Source of the DNA: Octopus sinensis
Taxonomy: Eukaryota
Direction: 5' to 3'
Assembly: GCF_006345805.1 (NCBI RefSeq)
Contig: NC_042999.1
Location: 930,001-994,000, forward strand
Length of the DNA: 64,000 nucleotides
A program made the position numbers and the translations under genes. Under the pieces are notes generated by a model. That model saw only the letters and a program-made list of their open reading frames with translations. It was not told the origin of the DNA and did no database searches. This document shows positions 49,961 through 63,304 of the stretch, piece by piece. How positions within the stretch are numbered: position 1 is the stretch's first letter; each line of letters starts with the position of its first letter.

Positions 49961-51622
49961 AGCGCGCAAAGCCCTGCTCCTCCATATGCCACCACCACCC
50001 CACACACACTCATGCACTGCGGAGCAGAGTAGATAAAGTTAACTCTCAACACCAATCTTCGATTTCGCTTTCCTAAAAAGAGATCCTCATCCTCACTCGG
50101 AGACATCGAAATGAAGGATAAAAGGGAAACCTATTGGTTCCTTTATTTCTTATAACTCGCATTGACTTGACTTTTCAAAAGCATGAAAATATGTACTCTA
50201 AATCACACAATGCTTCAAATAAACTACATTACTCTACAGTCCTTAGATTTATTTATTGTAAAATTTTACTGCATAATTACACTGAATTTCTGCAGGCAAA
50301 TAACTTCGGAAACAATGACATATAAACCCTCTAATGAAGGCTACTTTTTAAAAACAAATTGCTATAACGTAAAATATATTTTGCTAAAAGAAGACCAGTA
50401 CTGAAAAAATATTTCAATCAAGATTCCAGATATATTTAGCCTGCAAAAGTAGGCAAAGAATCTGTATCAGCAAAATATGAACATTATTTCAACAGAACAC
50501 AGAATTACTTATTTTTTAAATCAAGAACAAGATGGAGTAATCTAGTTGCAGGCAATCGGTCTTTTTTTTATAGTATTTAATACATACATATATATTTGAT
50601 CGATGCAATGTATCATTTGTTCACAGCCATTTGGAAAACCCTGTTCATTGAGCATCACGTTGCAACCATATTACTTTGCTGCATATCTATCCATCAACAT
50701 GAAGTATCTACTTCATTTTATTTTTATGTTTTATTTTTACTCTTGTAAGGATTGATGACTTCGGATTTCAGAGGATGCAAATAATGTTTTCCGACTAAAG
50801 AAGATTTATAAGAATCTTAAAAATAATATTATCTATATGCATAACAATGCAAAATAACTTCATTTCTTCAGAGATTGATTTAAGAGAGAAAACGTATTGG
50901 TGTTCCTTAAAAAAACATTTTTTAGAAAATTCTGTAGAAATGCGAAATAAAAGAAAGAGAAAAAAATTTGGTAATTTTGGCAGAACGCAGATTTCTTTCG
51001 CATTTTAAGGGATCATTTTCACAATGAAACGAAATATCAGAAAAATTGCAAATAGGAAAGCATATATCATATCTTACATACAATTATGCGGAAGGAGGAG
51101 TAAAAATAAATACATTCTGAAAATATTGAATGTCAAGAACGTTTCTGATATATGTTAAAGTATCTCATCCTCATCGTCATCACCGTCATCATCAACATGA
51201 TCAACATCATCATCATCGTCATCATCATCATCATCATTCACATAATGATTATAATATTCATTACATTTTGACTCAAAGAGAATACCATCAAGGTTGTGTT
51301 TTTGTCTCAAAAAATTTACAAGCATCAAAACCTTATTACTATTATTATTGGGTTTTTTTCCGTCCTTTCTTCAAATTTTCTTCCATTTCTCGCCGAGTGT
51401 TTTCCGTACACCTTGGGCAGAGAAGCTCATTGTATGCATTCCCAGATTACACATGCAAATTCACAGGTAAAATATGTATTTAAAAAATAGATAAATAAAT
51501 AACTTCATGAATGGATGTTGTTTTCACAGCGATAATGCTCTTCTCAGTACATGAGTCGTTCCAGTTAACACAATTTTTTGCACCTCCTGTAGGGGTGGTA
51601 AGCTTTATTATTATTATTATCA

Positions 51623-51688
<66 letters not shown>

Positions 51689-51770
51689 CAATATATGAAA
51701 ACTCACAGCTTGTTTTGCTGTGTATAATAGAAAGTGTCAACTGCCTACAGCCAGCAGACTAAGGTGACAC

Positions 51771-51990
51771 CTATTTAATGATCATGCGTCAAGAACCCTG
51801 TGCAGTTCCAAGCAGTGCTGATATTTGCATGCGTTCTACTTTCACAGTTGCACCGATCTTTTTCAGCCATGTTGGTAGTTGAGTGCTGATACTTCCCAAG
51901 TACACCGAGTTTCTTCTTTCACATTGATCATGTTGTCACCGGGGCGTGCTATGTCGATTATCATACATGTTCTTTCTTTGCTATGTCGAT
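51771..51990 (-). pseudogene. R4/Dong-clade non-LTR element C-terminus (restriction-like endonuclease), internally deleted
   Basis: KERTCMIIDIARPGDNMINVKEE ... LGVLG ... KIGATVKVERMQISALLGTA matches the IID(I/V)AxPxD..KE.EK...IGALG...QKxALLGTA motif. Confidence 0.78.
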
Positions 51991-52024
51991 ATTATTACTA
52001 TTATTATTATTATTAAATTTAAAA

Positions 52025-52240
52025 AAGCCGGCGTGCTGGCAGAGTCGTTAGCACGCCGGGCAAAATGCTTAGCGGTATTTCGCCCGTCTTTACGTTCTTA
52101 GTTGAAAATTCACCGGGGTCGACTTTGCCTTTCATCCTTTCGAGGATCATAAATTAAGTACCAGTCAAGTACTGGGGTCGATGTGATCTACTATTCCCCT
52201 CCCTACAAATTCCTGGTCTTCTACCTATAGTAGAAATAGT
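52025..52240 (+). mobile_element. SINE family B
   Basis: Head, core and tail. Confidence 0.85.
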
Positions 52241-53050
52241 TATTATTAGTTTTAATATTTTCAGAAGTTTCTACGTTATATTACGTGTTTCCACTGCACA
52301 ACTAAATGCGTTTCTACCTGTCTTTAAAGCCTGTTCCATTGATTTTTGGTTTGGTAGTTTATGTTGTATTATGATTACAATACGTGATATATATATATTT
52401 TTTCTAGTAGCGCCATTTTCTTTAACGCCTACATATTTGAAATTCTTCGGATTTCAGTAATGCATTTCACTAAAGCTTTTTTTTAATCGTTACCAAAGCT
52501 CCAACTATTTTGAGGAACTTTTCAGATTCCCACATACAACTTAACTTCATTTCCTGATCTGTATATTTGCATAATTTCACGAGTTCTTTTAGCGATGCAA
52601 TACTGACTATTCAAAAGGATGCGTTTGTAAGGATGCTCTTTATTCTTTAGTGGCCCTTAGTAACAAAACATGACCGATTAGTCTTAAGCTTCATGTCGAT
52701 ATGGATTGGTATGTCTCAGAATATACCCATTTTCTCATTCAGTAAGGCTTTTTACTTTGGAAAGGATTTGTGCACTTCTATTTTGACGATATTTCATAAA
52801 ACAGGAATAACGTCCGTTGGATCAAAACAACAAAGCAGTCATTTCTATAAGCACAGTTCTTCTTCGATCAAACAAAAAAGCTATTAACAATGTGAAGACT
52901 TATATAATACTAATCTTCACATATTACAAGCGCAAGTGTGACCGTGTGGTAAGAAACCTGCTTCCGGTCGTATGATGTGGTTGTGTTTTTTTGTGCCGGT
53001 AAGCATTTTGCTATTGCTGGATTCCGTTTTATTGGATTGTTACCGTTGTT

Positions 53051-53177
53051 GTATTTATTGAACTGTATTTATTTATAATATTCCCCGGTATACCGGGGAA
53101 TAGGAGCTGTTTGATAGATTTCTGTGACCGTTGAAGCACTGCATTTTGAATTTTGTGTAAAAATTCGAACTGTTTTT
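53051..53177 (+). repeat. 127-bp direct repeat, copy 1 (contains perfect 24-bp palindrome 53079-53102)
   Basis: About 7 mismatches against 54149-54275; TATTCCCCGGTA|TACCGGGGAATA. Confidence 0.9.
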
Positions 53178-53224
53178 AAGTCGTTTTAGACTTAGATTTT
53201 TTTGTGCCCCACCCCTAGCGGGGG

Positions 53225-53846
53225 TGGGATTGGAACTAGTATCCTTTATTAGAGGTAACTTTACTATTGGCTTCTACTGGATTAATGTCGACGGAAGGCT
53301 CAGGTCTTACTTAGACAAGATAGTGATGAGAACTAGAGATAAGGATAGTTTTAGCTGGCCACAGCTTGTCCAAGTAGCTTACACTTACTTCAGTTGCTCT
53401 CACAGGTGGTCAATGCCAGCAGCATGAGTTCCACGGCAGATGTTTATAGCGGGTTAGTGGAGATTATGTCCGGAGACGCCTTGGGAGAGACCCTGAGCTA
53501 CGAGGAAAATCAGTTGATCAACATGTTCAGGAGAACTATCGGGCCACGATATCTGGATAATTACCAGAAATCCCTGGATTGGGAGTGCTTCCGTGCGGCG
53601 TTACCTGTTCGCGATAAACCGTCAAGGCACGGAACTGCTATCTTGCTGACATGATCGAGGTGCGGGCAGGACAGGGAAACCGTCTTCCACGCATTGGTGG
53701 AATTAACGGGATTGATAGTTTTCGCAGAACAACTGTTGTCATCGGTGGGAAGAGTAAAGCTTTCGGTTGAGATTGTGCCGCCTCCTTCCCTCAACAGGGA
53801 GAGGAAAGCTTGCTTTTTCTGCGTAGTAGCCATACTGAAAGAAACA
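53225..53846 (+). pseudogene. L1/Tx1 LINE ORF2 C-terminal remnant (CCHC/zf-RVT region)
   Basis: YQKSLDWECFRAALPVRDK.SRHG....T*SRCGQDRETVFHALVE is a decayed W..YRxALPVR..CPRC...ETxxHAL motif. Confidence 0.8.
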
Positions 53847-54119
53847 GTATATACACGCACACATATACGTCGGGATTCCTTCAGTTTCCATCTATCAAAT
53901 CCACTCGCAAGGCTTTGCTCGGCCTCAGGCTATAGTAGAAGACACACTCGGCCAATGTGTCATGCAGTGGGACTGAACACGGAACAATGTGTATATATAC
54001 ATGTCTGTGTGTGTGTACATATATATACACATATATATATTGATGATCTTCCTATCAACATATTTAGTTAACCCCAGGATTGTTTTTAACAATCCCTTAC
54101 GTGGATGTGTACATGTATG

Positions 54120-54148
<29 letters not shown>

Positions 54149-54152
<4 letters not shown>

Positions 54153-54275
54153 TTGTTGAACTGTATTTATTTATAATATTCCCCGGTATCCCGGGGAATA
54201 GGAGCTGTATAATAGATTTCTGTGACCGTTGAAGCACTGCATTTTCAATTTTGTATAAAACTTCGAACTGTTTTT
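54149..54275 (+). repeat. 127-bp direct repeat, copy 2
   Basis: See copy 1. Confidence 0.9.
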
Positions 54276-54659
54276 TTTGTATTTGTGTTTGTACCGCCAC
54301 TGCTACACAACCGATGTTTGTGTGTTTACGCCCCTGTAACTTAGAGATTCGGCAAAAGACGCCTACTCTGAATTTACTTACACGCATTTCGTCACCTTTC
54401 ACACACATGGGACCACAAGCCAGATTTTTAATCTTTAATCAATGCCCGCCTCTTTACCCCCAAATATTAGAAATGTCTTTTTGCTTCCTTTCTCAAATTG
54501 CTATTGTCCCTGTTCCGTTTATTTCAGAAGAAGACATAACGTTCGAAATATCGAGAACACGCCATTTTCCTTTGAGTTGTCAAGCGAATAGTTTGTCGCC
54601 ATAACTTTTCGTCTCTGTCTAGTTCTATCAGTGATTTTTCCCTTTACAACAAACACACT

Positions 54660-54690
<31 letters not shown>

Positions 54691-55032
54691 CCATACACAT
54701 ACAGGTGCACATACACACTCACACACATGCACACACAACAAACACATGCATACATATATGTAAATATAGATAGAAGTATACATATAGATACATAAACCCC
54801 GTACACACATACATATATATATATACATATTTACATACACACACATATGCATACATATATGAATATATATATATATATACACAAACTTGTATATACGTAT
54901 ATACACGCATATATGTATATATGTGTGCGTGTGCATAGCTACATCTATGTAGACATATATATATATATCTGTGGATTGTATGTTAGTAAGGAAGATGGAG
55001 GAAACATATATATATATATATATACCATATGT

Positions 55033-55050
55033 GTGTGAGTGTGTGTGTGC

Positions 55051-55133
<83 letters not shown>
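55033..55133. repeat. (GA)n microsatellite
   Basis: Direct reading. Confidence 0.97.
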
Positions 55134-55137
<4 letters not shown>

Positions 55138-55759
55138 CGCAATATATTGGAAATAGAAGTTTCAGTCTCTGGAGTAGATCAGATAACTTTTAATGAAAGA
55201 TACCGAAATCAATAAGTTGAGCAATTTTGTCAGAGAGAAAGAACACAGTGGGTAAGCTTTCTTGAATAGGATATTATCTTTAATAGATATGTCAATGTCA
55301 ATGGGATATTCTAGAATGTCGTATTGGATATTATCTTGATATTTGATTTCATATATTCTGGTATAATATGATAATTTATTATTTTATTATATTGCTAGAG
55401 ATGTCACCCGATGAATAGATAGGATGTCAAACTAGTGTCTGAAGGGTCAATAGTTTGTGTCACCAGAGCATGGATGTTTCCCTGATGAAAATACTTATTC
55501 TCCGAAGTCTATTTGTTAGATTGATCGCTATTCTAAAGAAAGCAAAAAAATACGCTGTAATTGTTTTGCTAGGCGGTCATTAGGCCAAGAGTTCTTAGAC
55601 TAGAGAAAGAGAAAACTGAATTGATCCAAGTTAATGCCTGGTACATCTTGTTACCAGTACAAGAAGCATATAGATATCTACTGACTACATATGAGATTGT
55701 ATGTATGAACGCATTCACCTGAAAACGTGCAGGTACACAGCCCTTGATTATACTGGTGC

Positions 55760-56077
55760 AAGAATGTGGAAATCCGAAGTAGCAATATCTGGTGAATATG
55801 GAGGATGAAGTAAAACATCCCAGCCGAGCTGCAGCAATTTTTGTCTACTTACCAAAGTATCAAGTGCCGAAAATGAACTTTCTTATCTTCCATTTTAAAG
55901 GGTTACAGAATTAACACAGGTTATAGGAACATAAACCTTCTTCCACGAAAATATAGCTTAAACTGTGCTCTAAATGGAGGTGTAATCAAATCCTATTTTA
56001 TGGACTCAACCATGTTCTAAAATAAGTCGAAAGGTAAGCTACTATAAATCGGTACGAACTTTCCGGACAACCCAATA
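55760..56077 (-). mobile_element. Internally deleted mariner element
   Basis: TA-TIR, then MEDKKVHFRHLILW joined to RQKLLQLGWDVLLHPPYSPDIATSDFH (YSPDLAP motif). Confidence 0.88.
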
Positions 56078-56103
56078 CATACATACATACATACATACAT
56101 ACA

Positions 56104-56139
<36 letters not shown>

Positions 56140-56147
56140 TATGTATA

Positions 56148-56213
<66 letters not shown>

Positions 56214-56759
56214 TATAAATGTGCATCTATGTATGCTTATGTATATCAAATTTGCTAACTGCTTGATTAAAAGTGCTGTCCAGATTATAATTTATCTGCT
56301 ACAGTGAAAGAAGACTATAAGTTTCCATAGACGGTAGTAGTGAAATGACCTCATTAGACACATGGTAATTTACTTGACAATCTCCATGGGTGGACGAGTG
56401 GTTGATGGCAGTGTCACCTGTGATACCATTTAGTACCATTTCGTCAATTATAAATTTATTGCAGAAAATTACCAACGCGTAAAATTAGGACAACATCTTA
56501 GTGTTGATCAACAAGACAGCAATAAGATTAGAACGACTTAGTTTGCTGATTATTGTGTAAGATATCCGTGCTTTCCCGGAAGACAAATAATCGTTTGGGA
56601 CTCTACATAGCGGAAGATAAACCAAGGCGTAACTCAAGATTCAGCTAGAGAAGGTGAGGACGTGATTACTAAAATGTTTATTGGACATTGGTGAGGAAGG
56701 ATTAAGATACGTCGTGTACTTTTAAATGGGTTCGACGCTGTTGCTTCTTACAATCGATA

Positions 56760-57345
56760 GATGAGGATGATGATGATGATGATGAGGAGGAGGAGGAGGA
56801 GGAGGAGGAGGAAGAGAGGAAGTGGAGGAGGAGGAGGAGGAGGAGGAAGAGAGGAAGTGGAGGAGGTGGATGTGGAGGAGGAAGGGGAGGAGGAGGAAGT
56901 GGAGGTGGAGGAAGTGGAGGTGGAGGAAGTGGAGGAGGAGGAAGTGGAGGAGGAGGAAGTGCAGGAAGTGGAGGTGGAGGAGGTGGAGGAAGAGGAGGAG
57001 ACAGTGGAGGTGGAGGAGGAAGAGAAGGAAGAGGAAGTGGAGGAATTGGAGGTGGAGGAAGAGGAGAAAGTGGAGGAGGAAGTGGAGGAAGTGGAGGTGG
57101 AGGAAGTGGAGGAAGTGGAGGAGGAAGAGGAAGTGGAGAGAGGAGAACGAGTAGAGATGGATGAATTGGTGGAGAAAGAAGATGAGGCGACGTCTACGGC
57201 GATGACGGTGGAGGCGATGATAATGATGACGCCGTCATGTCACCGCCGCCGTCGCTGCAGACGACGACGACGACGATAAATGTGATCCTGATTATGATCA
57301 GGATTCTCTGCCGATGATAATCACGATGGGTGAATGAGGAGGAAG
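56760..57345. repeat. Purine-rich (GAG/GAA/GTG)n compound repeat
   Basis: Built of GAGGAAGTG-like units flanked by GAT and GAC triplet runs. Confidence 0.9.
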
Positions 57346-58403
57346 AGGAAGAGAAGGAGAAGGAATTGTTAATTTGCAACTTTCCTTTGAGATGTCCTCG
57401 CATTTAAGCAAGTGTTTTAACTCTTCCATCCAAGTCGAAAGTGGACGCGTTAATGGAAGAAAGAATTCATTATCAGACACAAGAAAAAGAAGAGACATCC
57501 ACCTGATATCGCATTCATATGTTGCAATGCAAAGCAGTTAATGTGCAGCAATACAAGATAATATATTTCGATCACACGGAATCCGTCTGAATGTGAACGA
57601 GAATGCGTCAGCTAGTTTGATGTTTATGTAAAGTTTGACGGCTATAAATTGCAATTAAATTTTCTACATATCTAATTAATGACTGCAACAGATTTTTGAA
57701 CATGGCCTGTTGACATCTAAATGCAATTTGCTTTCACAATTTATGTTTTAAAAGTTAATATTTCCATCATACACATGTTACATTTCAACGAAACTCTTTC
57801 AACAAAGGAACAGTAACAAAAAAAGAAAAACAATAATAAAAAAAATAAGCAATAAATAAACGTAAACTTGAAATTTGTTGTTGAAACTAATTAAACCTCT
57901 AGCTTTATACATTTATTGCAAGGGTGTCGTGTTTGCTCTAACAACGATCTAAGCTCTAAATGTATGGGGGGAGATTGACGGGGGGGTGGTTATATAATTT
58001 TATATTTTTTAATGGTTTCAATGTTGCTAAGTTTCATATTGCTATCACAATTACTTGTGATCGTTAAAAAAAATAATAACATGATAAAAAAAAACAATTC
58101 TGAAAATGATAATGAGATATGATATTTAATAGCAGCATTAATTCCGAAGAAAGGCCAAAACAGAATCAGCTTTTCAGCGCGCCTAAAGTTGATGCGAGAT
58201 CTGTTTGAAGAACGTCAGCCATAAGAATCAAACTCTTCATCACTCTTACCGTTAATTAGGCTGTTTGCTTTCATATATCTTTCATTGACACGACAAAGAA
58301 TTTTATGAGATTCGTGCAAACTAATTAAGAAGTTGTCCAGACATGTTAAATGGATATTGGTTACATTAAATTGCATTCCTTCTCTTCTCTAAATTTATTT
58401 CAC

Positions 58404-58471
58404 CTTTAATGATGTATTCAAATTCAACTCTGACAGTAGTCGTCTTGTCATTCGTAAGACCACTGTTATCA
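58404..58471 (-). CDS. Weak candidate exon (68 nt)
   Basis: ttcttgtctgttttgtag|T GAT AAC...AAA G|gtgaaa; open frame DNSGLTNDKTTTVRVEFEYIIK; no recognisable homology. Confidence 0.2.
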
Positions 58472-58873
58472 CTACAAAACAGACAAGAATCACTTAGATC
58501 TGTCTATCAGAGGCTATCCCGATATAATCTACACTGTTCAATTTATATGGAAATCGTAATAACGCGACTTGGATCTGTGTTTACTCATATATTTACACGC
58601 GACAGAATGAAATGAACACTAGTTTCAAATATTAACTTTTCCACTTCAAATTTACGAATTTAATTTATTTTCGAATTTACATGGTTGCATTGCATTACAT
58701 ACAATCTACCAAATAGTAATCTCTTTATTAGTTGCCCGCGTGTGTGTGTGTTAAAACTGTGACTCACACGTTAATATATCCAGTAAAAGACATGTCTTAG
58801 TATGTATACTTGTCTAAATTTGACTTAAGCATATACTTACGCATATACACATATACACATACATATGCATACA

Positions 58874-59095
58874 TAGGGAGGGGTGCTAAAATGTTCCTAG
58901 CGTTAAGGGTGTCGCGAAAGGCCTGGTTGGAAGCCCAACCTCCCGAGTCCTTTTTATAGGGTTTAGAAAAACTGAAGGACTACTGCAATAAATGTGTGAA
59001 TCTAAGAGGGGGATATGTTGAATAAAATAATAATTAACTGATCCTCATGTACTTTCTTTTACCCAAAGCCAGGGGTTTTTTAGTACCCCTTCGTA
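58874..59095 (+). mobile_element. Mariner-derived MITE, complete
   Basis: Imperfect TIRs TA-GGGAGGGGTGCTAAAA / TTTTAGTACCCCTTCG-TA; the interior resembles the end of a mariner transposase gene. Confidence 0.85.
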
Positions 59096-59106
59096 TGCAT
59101 GTGAAT

Positions 59107-59152
<46 letters not shown>

Positions 59153-59154
59153 TT

Positions 59155-59330
59155 AGTTGGAATTTACAGAAAAACAAAAGACAAAAACAAGTGTATAAAT
59201 AACATACAGGTGTATTAGTTTAATGCTCGGGAAGTCGAGAAAGTCCTTTACATTTCGATCCTAAGCTCTTCAACAGTAAGGAACACGAGGAAATAAGCAG
59301 AGAGAGAATAAAAAGACAGAGAGAATAAAA
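59155..59330 (-). mobile_element. Putative Penelope pseudo-LTR with non-canonical HHR-like cassette
   Basis: Minus strand CTGTTGA-AGAGCTTAGGATC-GAAATGTA; sibling at 20840-21115. Confidence 0.5.
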
Positions 59331-60683
59331 AAGCTTTTGGAGCTAGCGGTATACACATACATACATACATACATACATACATACATACATACATACATAC
59401 ATACATACATACATACATACATACATACATACATACATACATACATACATACACACATACATATATACCTACATACATATATGTATATATAATTATCCAA
59501 GTCAGGAGATAATTTCAGGTAGATATAAAGTCTCAGAAGAGAACCGAAGAACGTACAGTATGTCCAACAATTACTTTTGTATTTACCTATATAACAATTT
59601 CAAATGGTGTAACTCGGAACTTCCTCTTAAATTCCTTGATGTAGCTGTTTTACTAAATAGTTTGTACTGATTAATTATTTAATTATTTCATTATATAATT
59701 ATAAATGGACATGCTCTTGGTAAATCAGCTGAAAAATGTGTCGGATATTTTATTTATTTATTAATGTCTATATTTTATGAATTTTATAGCTATAAAAATA
59801 AATGAATAATTAATTAATATACCAATTTTCCGTCGTTAGCTTTGTTTTACACACATATATACAATAGGATATCAGCGATTGTAAGCATATGCACGGAGTG
59901 TAAGGGTTTGAAATTAAAATAGTAATCGCTGATACCTGTTGAAGTTTGTATCAGTGACACCTATCATTAATTAGTGTGTTGCTGTTGTTTTCTTTTAATT
60001 TCACTTTGTTAAAAAATATCTTTCTCTGTCGACGGGAGGCCATTAGCTCTGAGAATTTTCATATGGTCTTTCTGGGGTTGGGGCAGAAACTGAAGTATGA
60101 CTGATAAACAGCGATCGCATCACTTCATTCTTGAAGAGTTTTTATACAGAACTTCCAAACTACTTGTGTTTTCTGTTGTTCTTTGTGTTCATCTACGAAT
60201 AAATCACTTGTCTCAACCAGCATGCCAGATATTTCAAGCATCCGCCTCCAAAATATTTGATTTAATGTTTCTTTTTCTACTCAGTAAGTAAAAAGCGCAT
60301 ACGCCAGCATTAAATTTGTCTTTTATTCCTTAGGCGTCAATAAACATGATAGAAATTTTCTGGAGTCGATTAGGTTAATTAAAACCTTTCCTCATAATTT
60401 ATGGTCTTGTGGAAACATTAGAAATCAATATTCTGAGATTAATTCAACCAATCCTGTTTCATAGGTCCTGGTCGAAAAAGAAAACCGACATTTCTTGCTG
60501 AGTACTTACGAGTAACCACTCCAACTCAGGTTGCCAATATGCCAAATTTTAGTTATAGAATAGCGAATATATCACGATAGACGTGGCTGTGTGGTAAGAA
60601 GTTTGATTCCCAATTCCATGGTTCTCGGTTCAGTCCACTGCGTGACACCATGTGTCAACGTGTGTATGTCATTGCTTAATTTC

Positions 60684-60774
60684 ATTTCAAGATATCTTGC
60701 CAATAGAGAAAGAGCCGGTCCCTAACCTAGATCCAATGCTCCTTCATTGGAATTTCAGCATCAACAACAGGGTA
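60684..60774 (-). mobile_element. Unclassified dispersed repeat (sibling 9325-9416)
   Basis: High similarity to 9325-9416. Confidence 0.75.
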
Positions 60775-60818
60775 TTTTTGTATGTATATACGTATGTATA
60801 TGTGCAGATTTCTATGTT

Positions 60819-60860
<42 letters not shown>

Positions 60861-60866
60861 ATATAT

Positions 60867-60917
<51 letters not shown>

Positions 60918-60919
<2 letters not shown>

Positions 60920-61085
60920 CAACGGGCTTCTTTCAGTTTCCATCAACGAAATCCACTCACAAGACTTTGGTCCGCCCGAGGCTCCAATAGAAGACACACG
61001 CCTAAGGTGCCACGCAGTGGAACTGAGCTTAGGACCATGTCGTTGAGATGCAAGCTTCTGACCACGCAGACATGCCTGCGCCTGC
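60918..61085 (-). mobile_element. SINE family A 5' half
   Basis: ACGGGCTTCTTTCAGTTTCC...GGTGCCACGCAGTGG. Confidence 0.82.
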
Positions 61086-61184
61086 GTTTATTTACGAATG
61101 TAGCTCAGATTGCTCCCTAATTGGCATCTGATAAGTGGGGTTTTAGCAAATATGTTATCGTAATCTTGTTTGAGCATGACACTT

Positions 61185-61410
61185 ATTTCATATTTCTCCA
61201 GTTCACTTAGCTTGCAAAAATTAGTTGTACCCGTAGTTCGAAAGGCCAGCCTTGTCACGTTCTGAGTCACGTCGAATCTCCTTGACAACTACATTCTGTG
61301 TCTGTGGACTACTCAGCCACTTGCACGTTAATTTCACGAGTAATTTCACGAGTTAATTTCACGTTAATTTCACTGATTGGATCAACAGGGACACTCGTCG
61401 CCGTAACCAT
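61185..61410 (+). mobile_element. SINE family F with local TTAATTTCACG tandem expansion
   Basis: Reverse complement of the 40213-40500 modules. Confidence 0.7.
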
Positions 61411-63304
61411 ACATGGCTTCTCTCTACAGATTATAATCCTTAAAAATTTTATGGCGCTATTTTGTGATGTCGTCTGCACCTAGACGTCATGTGACCTTGT
61501 AGGTTCTCCTTCGTTGTCGCTTACCACAACGATTAGAGTTAGACGTGATTTACCACATTTATTATATATCTAACAAATATGATTGTTTATTTTTATGAAG
61601 AAGATATCAGTTTAAGAATATATGTTTTATGCTTACATTATAGGAATTTAGTAACTTCGAAATATTTATAATAAATTATTTGTAACGGTGAAACTCGAAG
61701 TCGATAATTCTATAAATAATAATCTACAACATTGAATGGGGAAAAACTCGAAGGCTACCATCTTAAATCGAAAGAAGTTTTAATCCAAAATTCTACATAC
61801 TGTCATTTATAGCTTTATCTACTTCGAGTACCACCGTTACAAACAATTTAGTATACAACTTACTTAATTTTCAAAATGTTAAATATGTCTGCCGAACAAG
61901 GAAATGTAAACGACGAGCAAAGTCTTGTCCAAAGTATCAATTATACAAGCTTAAAAGAATTTCATTTCTATCAGGCGTTTGAGAATATTTCTCTAGAATA
62001 CATAAATTATCTACAGCTTTTAGTAATATCTTAAAGAATAACAAGAAACGAACAGGAATGAAAGAAATATATAAAAGTCTATAAAAAGTGTCTGTTTTAT
62101 AAAAAAATGAAAGAAAACGAACAGTAAAAGTGATTGATAATCAAAGCGAAGTTTATAGTTGTACAAAGCTACATGTTTCGACAACCAACCTTTTAACATC
62201 TTTTGAGTTAGTGAAATAATTCTTTTCAATCTCACTAAAGGTCTCAGTTAAATATCTTGGATTAGGTAAGCTGACAAATTGGAAATGAAAGTCAGACATT
62301 TATGAAGCTTATCCCCAATAAATCAGTATTCTTCACTCATTTCTTCCCTATAATCTGCCTGCATTTATTCCGTCCACCTCTACACCACCTACTTCACTTA
62401 CTTTCCTTCTCTCTCTTTCTTTCTCTCTCTGCATCTTTCTACCCCTCTCTGTCACATTTTGTTCCTCACTTCCTCTCTCTCACCCTCTTCACAGGCTCTA
62501 CTTTTCACATTTTCACACCAAATTACAGGTCATCGTCATTGTTGTATTATACTTATTAATTTCCTTCTCGTCCCTTTATCTCTATGGTCAACCGAGTCAG
62601 CTCTGTTAGACAGATTCCAGTAAAGTAAATGCATTAATACCAGAAATACACTCCATAGACGCATAAAAGCACACACAGACACACACACAAGCGTACATAG
62701 ACATACAAAAGCCCACATTAACACGAACACCTCGGCTATTCACAAAAAAATGCAGCGATTTAATAAATCTACATATTTTTCTTTTACAACAGTACACTGT
62801 AATCTTCTCTTTTAGTTGCTGCTGTGATAGAACTTTCTAGGTTCGGCATTATGGAATGAAATCGGACACTACGTGCATCTGAAAAACACTTTTTAACCAC
62901 ACAAATTAGTTAATCCTCTGCAACAGTGTTTTGAATGACCTCCTTTAAAGTACTAGAGTACTGCTTTCATATGCTGGTTTCATGCTTTGGCACTAGGCCA
63001 GGAATTTCAGGGGAGAGGTTAAATCCATCATATTGATGCCAAAGCTTGGCTCATATTTATTTTATCGATTCCGAAAAGATGAAAGGCAAAGTCAAGCTCA
63101 AATGAATTTGATCTTTTTTATGAAAAGACGGATGAAATGCCGCTGCGCACTTTCCCCGTCGTGCAAACAATTCTACCAGTTCGCTGCAAGAGTTATTCTT
63201 ATACAAAACGTCCAGATACAGCTGTAAAATTATACAATTTTAATGACTAGCGAATAGGTACTCACCACAAACTTTCATTCTTACCTAGATTTCTTTCTTT
63301 TTCG

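Noticed and set aside
52640-52900. Possible Gypsy pol linker remnant on the minus strand
   Set aside because: Only a vague similarity across several stops; not supportable without a search.
55403-55510. Two partial hammerhead-like cores (CCGATGA...AAACTAGT; CTGATGA...GAAG)
   Set aside because: Each lacks an intact GAAA or a paired helix I.
56761-57279. 172-aa Glu-rich ORF as a real acidic protein
   Set aside because: It begins in (GAT)n, consists of triplet-derived repeats open in several frames, and has no splice or codon evidence.
61088-61288. ORF MSRRFDVTQNVTRLAFRTTGTT resembling a Tc1 HTH
   Set aside because: The segment is the antisense of SINE family F (also at 40213-40500), and the resemblance is short and may be chance.
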